Below are positions 7,564 through 16,572 of a stretch of DNA of 64,000 nt, piece after piece. This DNA is from an uncultured virus (IMG/VR IMGVR_UViG_3300021131_000004) (lineage: Duplodnaviria > Heunggongvirae > Uroviricota > Caudoviricetes), in the IMG/VR virus record IMGVR_UViG_3300021131_000004. One strand, written 5' to 3'. The first letter of the stretch is position 1; every line of letters starts with the position of its first letter. The notes below the pieces were generated by a model. It worked only from the letters and a program-made list of their open reading frames with translations, did no database searches and was not told the origin of the DNA. The position numbers and the translations under genes are program-made.

Positions 7564-8469
7564 TTACAAATCTGATTGGTTTCGTTTGTCTGGACCGGTC
7601 ACGACAAGCACGTTGAACATTTCCCTCATCCGACTGCGAACTCGATAGCCGTATTTCTGACCGATGATTTGAGGGGCACAATTCGATGTGATAATCAGCT
7701 TCGAAAAATCTTCCTGATGATGGTAATACAACTCGATAAAATTCTTCAACCAATTTATCGTTGTTCCATAATATTTTATTTCTTCTTCTTCACTTCCAAC
7801 ATCATCCAATAAAATCGTTTTGCCTAATTTAATTTCCAGGTGCCCATGATCCTTCACTTCCTCAGAAATATCCAACATCGAATAAATTGAAATTGGTTTT
7901 ATCGGATTGTTTTTTATCGCATCAAAAGTTTTTGTTTTTCCAAATCCGGCATCACCTAAAATCAACAAACCTTTTTTAAAACTAAAATTAAGTTCTGTTT
8001 CAAATCTTGGATCGTTGGAAAAAAAATAACAGATTGTTTGGATGAACTTTTTATTTGAATCGTCAAAAATAAATTTACCGTTTCTTAAAAAATATTTTTT
8101 GATTACGTTGAAGAAATAATTCGCATCACATTTTTTTTGCAGCTCTTCAAATTCTTTTTTCTCTGCCTCTATTTTTTTTGCGATATCATTTTTTCTGTCA
8201 ACGTCCCAATGTTTTCTTTCGTTGGCAAGTTTTAAAATATTTTCATAATCGATTCGAGAAAGCCAATTGATATTTTTCATTTGCTCAAGTGCAAAGTTTT
8301 CTCCCATGCCAGATAAAATCATTTTTCTGACATAAGCTTTTTTCTCTTGCTCAATCTCCCAATCGATGACGGATTTTTTTTCTTGATCCGTGAGAATATC
8401 AGAGAGGTTCGTAGATAGTTGCTCCTGGTTTTCCAATTTCTGAGGCAGCAAATCTCCTATTTTTTTCAT
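7564..8469 (-). CDS. DnaC/IstB-like AAA+ ATPase (putative helicase loader)
   Basis: Walker A GDAGFGKT, Walker B LLDDVG, IITSN, YG.RV.SR.REM. Confidence 0.85.
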   Translation of the reverse strand: MKKIGDLLPQKLENQEQLSTNLSDILTDQEKKSVIDWEIEQEKKAYVRKMILSGMGENFALEQMKNINWLSRIDYENILKLANERKHWDVDRKNDIAKKIEAEKKEFEELQKKCDANYFFNVIKKYFLRNGKFIFDDSNKKFIQTICYFFSNDPRFETELNFSFKKGLLILGDAGFGKTKTFDAIKNNPIKPISIYSMLDISEEVKDHGHLEIKLGKTILLDDVGSEEEEIKYYGTTINWLKNFIELYYHHQEDFSKLIITSNCAPQIIGQKYGYRVRSRMREMFNVLVVTGPDKRNQSDL

Positions 8470-8803
8470 AAAAATTATTTTGAATTGAATTATTATTAGA
8501 GGATAGTTTGAAAAAGATTTTATCTTTTTGATTATTTAAATTTCTTAAAAGAAAATTATTTCTAATCCAATTGTCTAAAAAACATTCTTCTAAGAATTCC
8601 AATAGTGATTTTTCAGATATATCTAAAGTCCAATCTAAATTAGATGCCTCATTTTTTTTTCTGAGAGCTATGATTATATTTTTAAAATCTCTCGGAGATG
8701 ATCCATCAAAGCTTGGTCGGCATTTAAATTTTTTTTCACAAAAAGAAAAATAAACCTCGACTAATTGTTTAAAAAACGGTTCTGGTATAGACTCTTTTTT
8801 CAT
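8399..8803 (-). CDS. Putative replication protein (initiator C-terminal-like domain)
   Basis: 134 aa between iteron-bearing gene and ATPase; W...NF.L..LN.Q..KI resembles initiator C-termini. Confidence 0.55.
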   Translation of the reverse strand: MKKESIPEPFFKQLVEVYFSFCEKKFKCRPSFDGSSPRDFKNIIIALRKKNEASNLDWTLDISEKSLLEFLEECFLDNWIRNNFLLRNLNNQKDKIFFKLSSNNNSIQNNFYEKNRRFAASEIGKPGATIYEPL

Positions 8804-8864
8804 ATTTATTTTTTAATGGCGAAAAAATTTATTTTTTCAGGCTTTTACGATAGTAAAAGACTTG

Positions 8865-9166
8865 TTACTTTCTTCCTTTATTACTTTCTTCCTTTTTGAT
8901 GTATTGTTTATAGTACACACACCAAGGCCACCTTCATCCTTTTACCCATGCCGCCTTCGTGGTTTTTAAAATCCTCTGAAATGCCCTACCTACTTATGTT
9001 CTGTCATATCCTTCGTGGTCACCTTCGTGGTCACCTTCGTGGCATCCTTCGCAGTTTCTTCGTCCTTCGTGGTCACCTTCGTGCCGCCTTCATAGTTCTC
9101 AAAATCTTGATAAGTATCATATTTACAGACAGTTATGCGAATACCTCTGGTCGTCTTCGTGGTCAC
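8865..9166. repeat. Iteron-like 12-bp repeat array plus AT-rich segment: putative replication origin
   Basis: CCTTCGTGGTCA at 9010, 9022 and 9064; variants at 9034, 9046, 9076, 8954 and 9154; TTACTTTCTTCCTTT at 8865 and 8881. Confidence 0.7.
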
Positions 9167-9445
9167 TATCATGGCCTCACTTCTTAAAAATTTAAGAGCT
9201 TTTTCTATTTGATTTGCTGAATAAATTTGTTTTCTATAACCTACAAACCACTTTAATCCATCTTGAATATCGCCTATTGTTCTAATCATTTCACCTCTTT
9301 TTATGCCTAATTTTGAGTTGTTTTTATGATTAGCTTCTTTAATAATCCATGACCATACTTCTCTAGTACATGGGGCGGCATGAGCAATCGCAGAATCTTG
9401 GATAGCCCTGGCCATTATATAGTAACCTCCGGCTATTTTCTGCAT
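8990..9445 (-). CDS. Phage replication initiator, N-terminal winged-helix domain (lambda O-like organisation)
   Basis: GY..MAR.I, W.WII..ANH, I.RG, ITVCKYDTYQ motifs; internal iterons encode KVTT repeats. Confidence 0.75.
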   Translation of the reverse strand: MQKIAGGYYIMARAIQDSAIAHAAPCTREVWSWIIKEANHKNNSKLGIKRGEMIRTIGDIQDGLKWFVGYRKQIYSANQIEKALKFLRSEAMIVTTKTTRGIRITVCKYDTYQDFENYEGGTKVTTKDEETAKDATKVTTKVTTKDMTEHK

Positions 9446-9873
9446 TTTTTTCTTTTATTTGCAAGGGATATGTATTTATTAAAAATAAGATCTTGCATTT
9501 TTTTATCAGTAAGTGCATATTTATATGCATGAGCTACAAGTTCTGATGGGTTGTCTGATTTTAAATTAAAAATACCATCAGCTAGTATTCTCCAATTGTC
9601 AGCAGAAAATATACTTTTCCTTAGTGATTGAATCATTAAATCTCCATACTGTTTAATCATATCCTCTTCATTTTTATGGCAATCATCACATAGTGTAATT
9701 AGTGATTCGGAAGGGTATTCCCAAGGCTCTAATCCTGTTTCGTAGTATTTATGATGCACATGAAGCGTAGATGTATCATCATAACAACTTCTACAAGTAA
9801 AAGAATCTCTTTCTAAAATTTCTAATCTTTTCTTTTGCCATCTAGGGTCAAGAAATTTACTCTTATAGTCCAT
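9433..9873 (-). CDS. HNH endonuclease
   Basis: DPRWQKKRLEILERD.FTC..C....LHVHH..Y.....PWEY....LITLC..CH. Confidence 0.9.
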   Translation of the reverse strand: MDYKSKFLDPRWQKKRLEILERDSFTCRSCYDDTSTLHVHHKYYETGLEPWEYPSESLITLCDDCHKNEEDMIKQYGDLMIQSLRKSIFSADNWRILADGIFNLKSDNPSELVAHAYKYALTDKKMQDLIFNKYISLANKRKKCRK

Positions 9874-9906
9874 AAGTAATTATTAATAATAAGTAAAAAA
9901 AAACAT

Positions 9907-10101
9907 TTAGATTTTTGCGGTGTCCTTGGGAAGAGAATCTAAAATTATTTTTTTCTGATTATCTGATGGAATTAGTCTACCAGATAATATTCTAGATATT
10001 TCAGACTGACTAATACCAGTCTTATTACTTAGCCATATATTCTTTCGGCCATCCAATCTTTTTTTTACAAGATCTACAAAAGAGATTTTTTTATTTTCCA
10101 T
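9907..10101 (-). CDS. Cro/XRE-family HTH regulator
   Basis: WLSNKTGISQSEISRILSGR. Confidence 0.85.
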   Translation of the reverse strand: MENKKISFVDLVKKRLDGRKNIWLSNKTGISQSEISRILSGRLIPSDNQKKIILDSLPKDTAKI

Positions 10102-10115
10102 TTAGTTATTTTTTA

Positions 10116-10211
10116 CAAATATATGGCATGATTTTACATTTTTCAATAAATCTTTAAAAAAATAAATAAAAAAACATTTATTGTTTATTTGGATAATAAT
10201 GTATAAGTTTG
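10116..10211. promoter_or_regulatory. Divergent Bacteroidota-type promoters
   Basis: TATATTTG on minus (10116..10123); TAAGTTTG on plus (10204..10211) with TTG about 20 nt upstream. Confidence 0.65.
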
Positions 10212-10229
10212 TTCCATCAATCAAAATAT

Positions 10230-10640
10230 ATGGGTAAGGTTAATAATAGATTAGAAGAAATTAAGTACTGGAATGAGAAAAGGAGAAATAGTAAACCTTT
10301 AAAGAAAACTCCTTTAAAGAAAAAAGCTTACAAATTAAAACGGCAATCTACACCTATAGCAAAAAAATCGAAGAAGCAATCCACTAGAGATGTTAAATAT
10401 TTAAAAGCTAGGGCTGAGTTTCTTTATATTCCAGGTAATAAGATTTGTCAAATTGTTTTACAACATGATTGTACTATCATCGCCACCGATGTTCATCACC
10501 GTAAAGGGAAGGTTGGAGAACTATATTGGGATAAACAATATTTTAGATCAGCTTGTAGGAATGGTCATAATGCCGTACATGACTTCCCTGAAGAGGCTTA
10601 CAAGACTGGTGATTCTGTATTACGTTTAAAAAAAGACTAA
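10230..10640 (+). CDS. HNH-like zinc-binding nuclease with basic N-terminus
   Basis: CQI.....C...ATDVHH.KG.......ACRNGH..VH; ATG at 10230 lies downstream of the promoter. Confidence 0.7.
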   Translation: MGKVNNRLEEIKYWNEKRRNSKPLKKTPLKKKAYKLKRQSTPIAKKSKKQSTRDVKYLKARAEFLYIPGNKICQIVLQHDCTIIATDVHHRKGKVGELYWDKQYFRSACRNGHNAVHDFPEEAYKTGDSVLRLKKD

Positions 10641-11122
10641 TGGCAAATGGTAAAGTAAAAACAAAAAATAGGTATCAATCCATGTTATGGATGTATCAGA
10701 AAAGAAGAGAAACTATTAGAAAAAATTTGTACACATGGAGAGGGGATAATAAAGAGTACAATAAGCGTGTTAAAAATACTAATCTACGTATCTGGTACAT
10801 TAGAATGCGTATTAAACAAATTGCAAAAAAACAAAATCAAGTAGAAGATGTAATTGATAGAGTAAAAGAGTTTAATGGTATTGATATTAGAAAATTAACC
10901 GGACCCGGAAAGAGGACAAGGTTAGAATATTTAACCAGAAGTTCTTTTTTTAAATATATCATGGAGTTAGGTTTTGAAGGATCTTTTGTGGCTGCTATGA
11001 CAGGTTATTTTAAAACAACGCCATGCACAACTAGGATGGAATTCCAAAAAACTTTTAAAGACAACAAAGAGAATAGAGAATTTTATCACAGGTTTATTCA
11101 ATACATGAATTCAGAAAATTAA
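10640..11122 (+). CDS. Hypothetical basic protein, possible DNA-binding C-terminus
   Basis: 160-aa ORF, TAATG coupling. Confidence 0.75.
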   Translation: MANGKVKTKNRYQSMLWMYQKRRETIRKNLYTWRGDNKEYNKRVKNTNLRIWYIRMRIKQIAKKQNQVEDVIDRVKEFNGIDIRKLTGPGKRTRLEYLTRSSFFKYIMELGFEGSFVAAMTGYFKTTPCTTRMEFQKTFKDNKENREFYHRFIQYMNSEN

Positions 11123-11133
11123 AACAAAACAAT

Positions 11134-11607
11134 ATGCCAAGAATTCAATCAGGATTCACGCCAGTCCTAGAAACACACGACTTTGAAGGTCACCGGATGA
11201 TTTTAAAGGAGGAAAAGTTAGGAGGTAATTGCCAGGTCTTTATTCAATTAAAAGGAGACTCACGGCAAAGGTTAATTGGAGAGGTTGATCGTAAGAGGAA
11301 GATTATGATTGTCAAGCGTGACCATCGTAAGCACTTCCATATTCTTATGAAAGGGTATGGCTTTAATTGGGTTATCATTAATCAAAGAGTTCCAGTAGAA
11401 TATAACCAAATTCTAGTTATAGAAAGAGATGATGACGGAATGGATTATTATTTATTTCCTATTAATGTAGTTACTATTTTTGGGACGAAAAAAAACTTTG
11501 GCCGGTCTGGGTTTGAGTTGCAATACTTTTTGCCTTGGGTCAAGATGAGAGAGTATAAAAAATCAGGAGTTCATTATATAAAAGGTGCTCTTGTTGGTGA
11601 TGTATAA
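11134..11607 (+). CDS. Hypothetical phage protein
   Basis: 157-aa ORF; KHFH....GYGFN and GFELQYFLP motifs. Confidence 0.75.
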   Translation: MPRIQSGFTPVLETHDFEGHRMILKEEKLGGNCQVFIQLKGDSRQRLIGEVDRKRKIMIVKRDHRKHFHILMKGYGFNWVIINQRVPVEYNQILVIERDDDGMDYYLFPINVVTIFGTKKNFGRSGFELQYFLPWVKMREYKKSGVHYIKGALVGDV

Positions 11608-11664
11608 AAATATATTTGGTTATACATTTGTATTAACGTAATTTTAAACCCGAAACATAAAACT

Positions 11665-12189
11665 ATGGAACACATTCCCCTTACGGATGGTCTAAGATAC
11701 ACTGCCACTGTCTTGGACGTAAAACAAGCTGCTGCCACATTCCCAAAATCAGGAACAGGCGAAACAATGTACTGTCATCAGTTAACTTTAAAGGTGGATC
11801 AGTATTCTCATGACCATGCAACGCAATGGTGTAATGGCAATCCACAGGTAACTGAGTTTAAGGTTGGGGACGATATCGCTGTGATTGCCGCTAAGTACAA
11901 TGTAGGCAAGGGTAATCAAACAGTTAAGTTTGAAAAAGTGGTACGCACATCTGCACAAAAAATTGCCGCTCAGACAATCGCAAAGACACAGCTACCTCCT
12001 GAAATTCCTGTAAAAGAATTTAAAGATCCTGGTCAAGTAAATACAAACCCTATGGTGCATGGAACTATTTGGGCTACATGCTTATTTAATGCCGTAACAT
12101 TTCATAAGGATAGAAAAGGTTCTACTCCACAGAATGTAATGGATACTGCCGATGAATTTTATCAACATTTTCAATCGTTCACACTGTGA
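11665..12189 (+). CDS. Putative OB-fold ssDNA-binding protein
   Basis: Beta-rich N-terminus with FKVGD and C-terminal helix V...ADEFY; function inferred only. Confidence 0.45.
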   Translation: MEHIPLTDGLRYTATVLDVKQAAATFPKSGTGETMYCHQLTLKVDQYSHDHATQWCNGNPQVTEFKVGDDIAVIAAKYNVGKGNQTVKFEKVVRTSAQKIAAQTIAKTQLPPEIPVKEFKDPGQVNTNPMVHGTIWATCLFNAVTFHKDRKGSTPQNVMDTADEFYQHFQSFTL

Positions 12190-12497
12190 TTCAATTAATA
12201 GAGACTCAATTACTAACTGCTACTGAAAAATTTCAGTGTGACGCTGTGACATCATTCTATGATTTAATTACGCAGTCAAGACAAGCTAGAAGAGAGTTTA
12301 CTCTTAAATATTTTGGAGACCTGTCTGTTATTATGAAGAATAAGTTTGGATGGATCAATCCAGGTGATATCTACATCGAAAGAACATTTGTAGATGAGAA
12401 TGGAGAGGCTACAGTATTAAAATCTCTTCCTGATATGGACAAAGTTTGTATAAGAAATAAAATTTATCATCCCTTAATAATCAATCAAATAACATGA
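12186..12497 (+). CDS. Hypothetical protein
   Basis: 103 aa, GTGA overlap, INPGD.Y motif. Confidence 0.7.
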   Translation: MIQLIETQLLTATEKFQCDAVTSFYDLITQSRQARREFTLKYFGDLSVIMKNKFGWINPGDIYIERTFVDENGEATVLKSLPDMDKVCIRNKIYHPLIINQIT

Positions 12498-12655
12498 AAG
12501 TAATCGTAGATGCATCTTCATTAGCAAAGGAGTTAAAAAAGGTATCTCCTGTAATGATGAAAAATACCATTTTACCTATTCTAGAAGGAGTTAGAATGGA
12601 GACGGTAGGTAACACCTGTGTTCACAATCCAGAACTACCTTTTAAAAATGGATAG
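12494..12655 (+). pseudogene. dnaN: Truncated DNA polymerase III beta-clamp N-terminus (53-aa mini-ORF)
   Basis: MKVIVDASSLAKELKKVSPVMMKNTILPILEGVRME matches the DnaN start (MKF.V....L...L..V......T.LPIL..V..E); stops after 53 aa. Confidence 0.65.
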
Positions 12656-13241
12656 GATATTAAACCTTGACACGCTCATTTCAAATGACCGTCTCGCAAA
12701 CATCATTAAGTACGCTGACCTGGCAAGACCTCTAGAAGGGAACTATGCCGAGGTCGGTGTATTTCGTGGTGGATCGTTGGAATTAATTTCCAAATTAAAT
12801 CCTGACAAGGAGGTGTATGCATTTGATTCATTCACCGGTCTTCCTCGTCCAACGGATCATGACAACTATCATCAAGAAGGAGATTTTAAGGATACTAATT
12901 TTGAATTTTTGCAAGGATACTTTGAAAGATTTCATCATAATGTTACCTTCTTCAAAGGATTTGTGCCACATACATTTTCTATGGTTGATCCTTTTAAGAT
13001 GTATTCATTTGTGCATATTGATGTTGACCTGTATCAGTCAGTAAAAGATAGTCTTGACTACTTCTTTCCTCGCATGGTAATGGGTGGTATCATTATTTTA
13101 GATGACTATGGATTTGAATCTACTAAGGGTTCTGTTGTTGCTGTAGATGAATTTGTTTCTAGTATTACACCTGCATTCAAAGGAGAACTTTTTTATTACC
13201 CAGGTGGGCCATCTCATAAACAATATTTAATAGTTAAGTAA
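12648..13241 (+). CDS. TylF/MycF-family O-methyltransferase
   Basis: AEVGVFRGGS, FDSFTGLP, KGF, VHIDVDLY, GGIIILDDY; ATG 12648 preferred to GTG 12618. Confidence 0.9.
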   Translation: MDRILNLDTLISNDRLANIIKYADLARPLEGNYAEVGVFRGGSLELISKLNPDKEVYAFDSFTGLPRPTDHDNYHQEGDFKDTNFEFLQGYFERFHHNVTFFKGFVPHTFSMVDPFKMYSFVHIDVDLYQSVKDSLDYFFPRMVMGGIIILDDYGFESTKGSVVAVDEFVSSITPAFKGELFYYPGGPSHKQYLIVK

Positions 13242-14545
13242 TGAAAAAAATTGGTGTCGTTATTACGACTTATAATCGTCCTGCGTATCTGCGTAAGTGT
13301 CTGCATTCAATCGGAAGATCTGATATGCCACATGGTACAGAAGTAATTATCATCGATGACTGTAGTGATGATGAAGAGGCAAAAGGTATTGTAGATAATG
13401 CAGGTTTTTCTTTTTTTAGAAAGTCAAAAAGAACAGGCATTAAGGATTCATTAATCATGGGGTTTGAGTACTTGCTTGATGAAGGTTGTGAGATACTTAT
13501 TAACCTCGATGGAGATGCTAAAATAAGGAATGACTACTTCTCTAAAATACTTGAACTGCATAGTGAGTTTCCTTTTAATTTACTTACTGGATTCAATTGC
13601 AATACACTGAATGCAAATGGAACAATCAGGCATCAGGTTTTACATTCTGATTTTGGATGGAATTTAAAACATACTGTAGGAGGGATTAATTTTTTAATGA
13701 CACCTCAGATGTTTTATGATTGGGTTCTTCCTGCATTACAAGAGCCAATTGGGAACTTTGATCAAAAAGCATGTCTTAATTCAAAAGTTGGTGTTATTTG
13801 TGCAGAGCCAAGCTTAGTGCAGCATTTAGGAGTTAATTCTAGTATGGGGCACACATCTGGCATCGAACAGGCTGATACTGCTGATGATTTTAAATCTCTG
13901 AGCTTACCTAATGTTACATTGGTAATTGTTGATGATGATGTAAATGGTGCAATTTCAACAGTAGATAAATGTTGTGAGGATATTGAGTTTGGTGCAGTAA
14001 AAATATTTTCCTGTGGGGAGTCTACTGACAATAGAGTTGTTCCAATTAGAAAGATAGGAAGTAAGGAGTCGTATAGTTTCTTTATGTTTAAAGAAATAAT
14101 TAACTATATCAATACGACTCATTTTTTAGTAGTTCAGCAGGATGGGTATATACTAAATACAGACGCATGGAATAATGAGTTTTTAAATTATGATATGTGT
14201 GGTGCATTATGGAGTTTCAGACCAGAAGGATTTCGTTGTGCAAACGGAGGTTGTTCAATAAGAACAAAAAAACTTCACGAAGTCATAAAAAACGATAATT
14301 ATATTACTCTTCGTAATGATCAATGGATAAATAATTTTGCGGAAGATCATAACCTAGGTGTAATATATAGGGAATATCTAGAACTTGTTCATGGGATTAA
14401 GTTTTCACCAGATTGGCTATGTGACGAATTTTCTATTGAGGCATGGGGGAAATATTATTTAGATAAGACTTATAAAGGTAGCTTTGGATTTCACGGAAGA
14501 AATATTGTATTTGATAATATTTATGACATAAAAAAACCATACTAA
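13241..14545 (+). CDS. GT2 glycosyltransferase fused to a DUF5672-like domain
   Basis: ITTYNRP.YL, IIIDDCSDD, LDGD; second half T.HFLVVQQDG, W...FL.YD..GA.W, NGG.S.R.KK, AED, FGFHG. Confidence 0.85.
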   Translation: MKKIGVVITTYNRPAYLRKCLHSIGRSDMPHGTEVIIIDDCSDDEEAKGIVDNAGFSFFRKSKRTGIKDSLIMGFEYLLDEGCEILINLDGDAKIRNDYFSKILELHSEFPFNLLTGFNCNTLNANGTIRHQVLHSDFGWNLKHTVGGINFLMTPQMFYDWVLPALQEPIGNFDQKACLNSKVGVICAEPSLVQHLGVNSSMGHTSGIEQADTADDFKSLSLPNVTLVIVDDDVNGAISTVDKCCEDIEFGAVKIFSCGESTDNRVVPIRKIGSKESYSFFMFKEIINYINTTHFLVVQQDGYILNTDAWNNEFLNYDMCGALWSFRPEGFRCANGGCSIRTKKLHEVIKNDNYITLRNDQWINNFAEDHNLGVIYREYLELVHGIKFSPDWLCDEFSIEAWGKYYLDKTYKGSFGFHGRNIVFDNIYDIKKPY

Positions 14546-15055
14546 ATGATTGAGAAAGTATCCCACAATGGGTGTTATTATCCTGCGTTTCAAACAACTG
14601 GCAATGCTGCTAGATTCTGTATGCCATTCGCATTAGAGGTGTTAAAAAATCATCACATAGTGTATGACATCGGCTATAGTAAAAAGGAATGGATGTTCCC
14701 CGGATCGATAGGAGTTGATATTTCTGACGGGAGTGGATATGACGCAATGAATTTACCTCCATTAAGTGCTGATGGAATATTTACTTCACATCTTTGGGAG
14801 CATTTAGAAAGACCTTATGAGGCACTAGATGTGTGGCACAGAAATCTTAAACGACACGGAACTTTATTCATGTATCTTCCAAATATGGACGCTCAATCAT
14901 ACTGGCGGCCTTGGGCAAATAGAAAGCACCTCCACTATGTTAGTCCAGATATTTTAAGAAAATATTTTGATGATAATGAAGAGAAATGGAATAATGTTTT
15001 TATCAGCGAGAGAGATGCATACGATTCATTCACCGTTTTTTGTAATAAAGGATAA
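14546..15055 (+). CDS. Class I SAM-dependent methyltransferase
   Basis: YDIG, DGIFTSH..EH, LK..G.LF.YLP. Confidence 0.8.
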   Translation: MIEKVSHNGCYYPAFQTTGNAARFCMPFALEVLKNHHIVYDIGYSKKEWMFPGSIGVDISDGSGYDAMNLPPLSADGIFTSHLWEHLERPYEALDVWHRNLKRHGTLFMYLPNMDAQSYWRPWANRKHLHYVSPDILRKYFDDNEEKWNNVFISERDAYDSFTVFCNKG

Positions 15056-15765
15056 TGCTAAGTAGAACAATTATTTTAAATCAATTTGCAGGTGCTGGAG
15101 ATATTATTTTCTGTAATTCCATCGCTAATAATTTTATTGATCAGGGGTATAATGTGATTTGGCCTGTAGATGCAATTTACGCACCACTAGCAAAGCACTT
15201 CACAAATATTGCGATGGTTGATAAGGCTTTGATAAATATCAACTATGCATTACCAATGGATTTTAATGTGAGTGGTACAAGGATCATACCTCTTCGATAC
15301 TCCGATTTTTTGTGCAGAGTTCAGTATACAGATTGTATGAAATCAAAATATATATTTTTTGATTGGAATTGGCAGGATTGGAAAAAAAATACTCGCATCA
15401 CTAGATTTGTTGAAAGAGAAGTATCATTATTCCAAGATGTGCTAAGTCTTAAAATAGGCGAGAAATATAATCTGATTTGCGAACAGTTTACCAATGGAGG
15501 AAAGAACACTTTACCTATTGAAGTAAATAATGGACTCCGTAATGTGAAGATGGAATTTGTTCCAGGGTATACCTTAATTGATTGGTTAATGGTAATGCAA
15601 AATGCCACAACCATACATGCTGTTTCTTCTTCCAATATCTACCTGTTCGAGTTGTATCCAATGAAGGCTGATAGAATCCATTTGCATATCCGTAGGCCTT
15701 ATGAGCAGAACCATAATAATTATTCATACATCCTAGAAAAAAATAATTATGTCCTTGAACCATAA
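15055..15765 (+). CDS. Putative GT-B glycosyltransferase
   Basis: Q..GAGDIIF at the N-terminus; DW..V..NA..IH.V.SS. Confidence 0.6.
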   Translation: MLSRTIILNQFAGAGDIIFCNSIANNFIDQGYNVIWPVDAIYAPLAKHFTNIAMVDKALININYALPMDFNVSGTRIIPLRYSDFLCRVQYTDCMKSKYIFFDWNWQDWKKNTRITRFVEREVSLFQDVLSLKIGEKYNLICEQFTNGGKNTLPIEVNNGLRNVKMEFVPGYTLIDWLMVMQNATTIHAVSSSNIYLFELYPMKADRIHLHIRRPYEQNHNNYSYILEKNNYVLEP

Positions 15766-16321
15766 CATCATTAACGTCATCAATCTTCCTGAAGCAATAG
15801 AACGTAGGCAGTCTTTTGAAAAGCAGTTTGTGGATCAGAAAGCTGACTTCAGAGTATGGGATGGATTGGTGGTTGTCGGGATTCCGTTTATGGGTGTGAA
15901 CCTTGCCCATAAGCAAATAGTTCTTGATGCCAGAGACAGGGATTTAAATTCAGTCACCATCGCTGAGGACGATATTATCTTCTCGGCCCCAGGTGCCTGG
16001 GATTATTATAAAGAACATGCACCGGATAGTTTTGACCTGTATATGGGCATGGTTTACTCAGGAGAAATATTGGATAATAGGATCTATAATTACATGGCAG
16101 GTCTGACCCTTTATACCGTTCACCGGAGATTTTATGACAAGTATTTAGCCTTGTCAGCTATGAACCATATTGACCGGTTACTTGGGTCTCTTTCCAATGA
16201 TAACGAGTTCTACGTGTGTGATAAATTCGTGTGTGAGCAGTCGGACGGATGGAGTTATAACAAGCAGGGAAACCATACTTATGGTCACCTGGTTTACGGA
16301 AGAGAATTCTTTGGACGTTAG
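15749..16321 (+). CDS. GT25-like glycosyltransferase
   Basis: VINL....ERR, G..LAH, IAEDD, D.YMG, HID. Confidence 0.75.
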   Translation: MSLNHNIINVINLPEAIERRQSFEKQFVDQKADFRVWDGLVVVGIPFMGVNLAHKQIVLDARDRDLNSVTIAEDDIIFSAPGAWDYYKEHAPDSFDLYMGMVYSGEILDNRIYNYMAGLTLYTVHRRFYDKYLALSAMNHIDRLLGSLSNDNEFYVCDKFVCEQSDGWSYNKQGNHTYGHLVYGREFFGR

Positions 16322-16521
16322 AAGTCAGTTTCCAGAACCTCGGAAATTTTTAACCGTAATTGGTCTGACAGCTTTCTCTTAAGATTGAGGACTTTATTTA
16401 AATGGAATAGGTCAAAACCTGTTTCATGGGCTAACCAAGCGTATGTTCTACGTTCTTTTTTTAGCTTATTTTTAATTTCCGTTCTTAAATCTAGATGTAA
16501 TTCACCTGAATTATGGTACAT
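16318..16521 (-). CDS. XRE-family HTH protein
   Basis: RTYAWLAHETGFDLFHLNKVLN. Confidence 0.7.
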   Translation of the reverse strand: MYHNSGELHLDLRTEIKNKLKKERRTYAWLAHETGFDLFHLNKVLNLKRKLSDQLRLKISEVLETDF

Positions 16522-16572
16522 TTGCCAATAAAATTTGGCATAAAAGTAGTATAAAATAAATAAAAAACAACA

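Noticed and set aside
8930..9166. CRISPR array
   Set aside because: Tandem 12-bp units without unique spacers and no cas genes; fits iterons
7430..9187. ORFs 7430..7753, 7576..7812, 8571..8753 and 8948..9187
   Set aside because: Overlap the ATPase and initiator genes; the LRGH repeats are just the iterons read on the other strand
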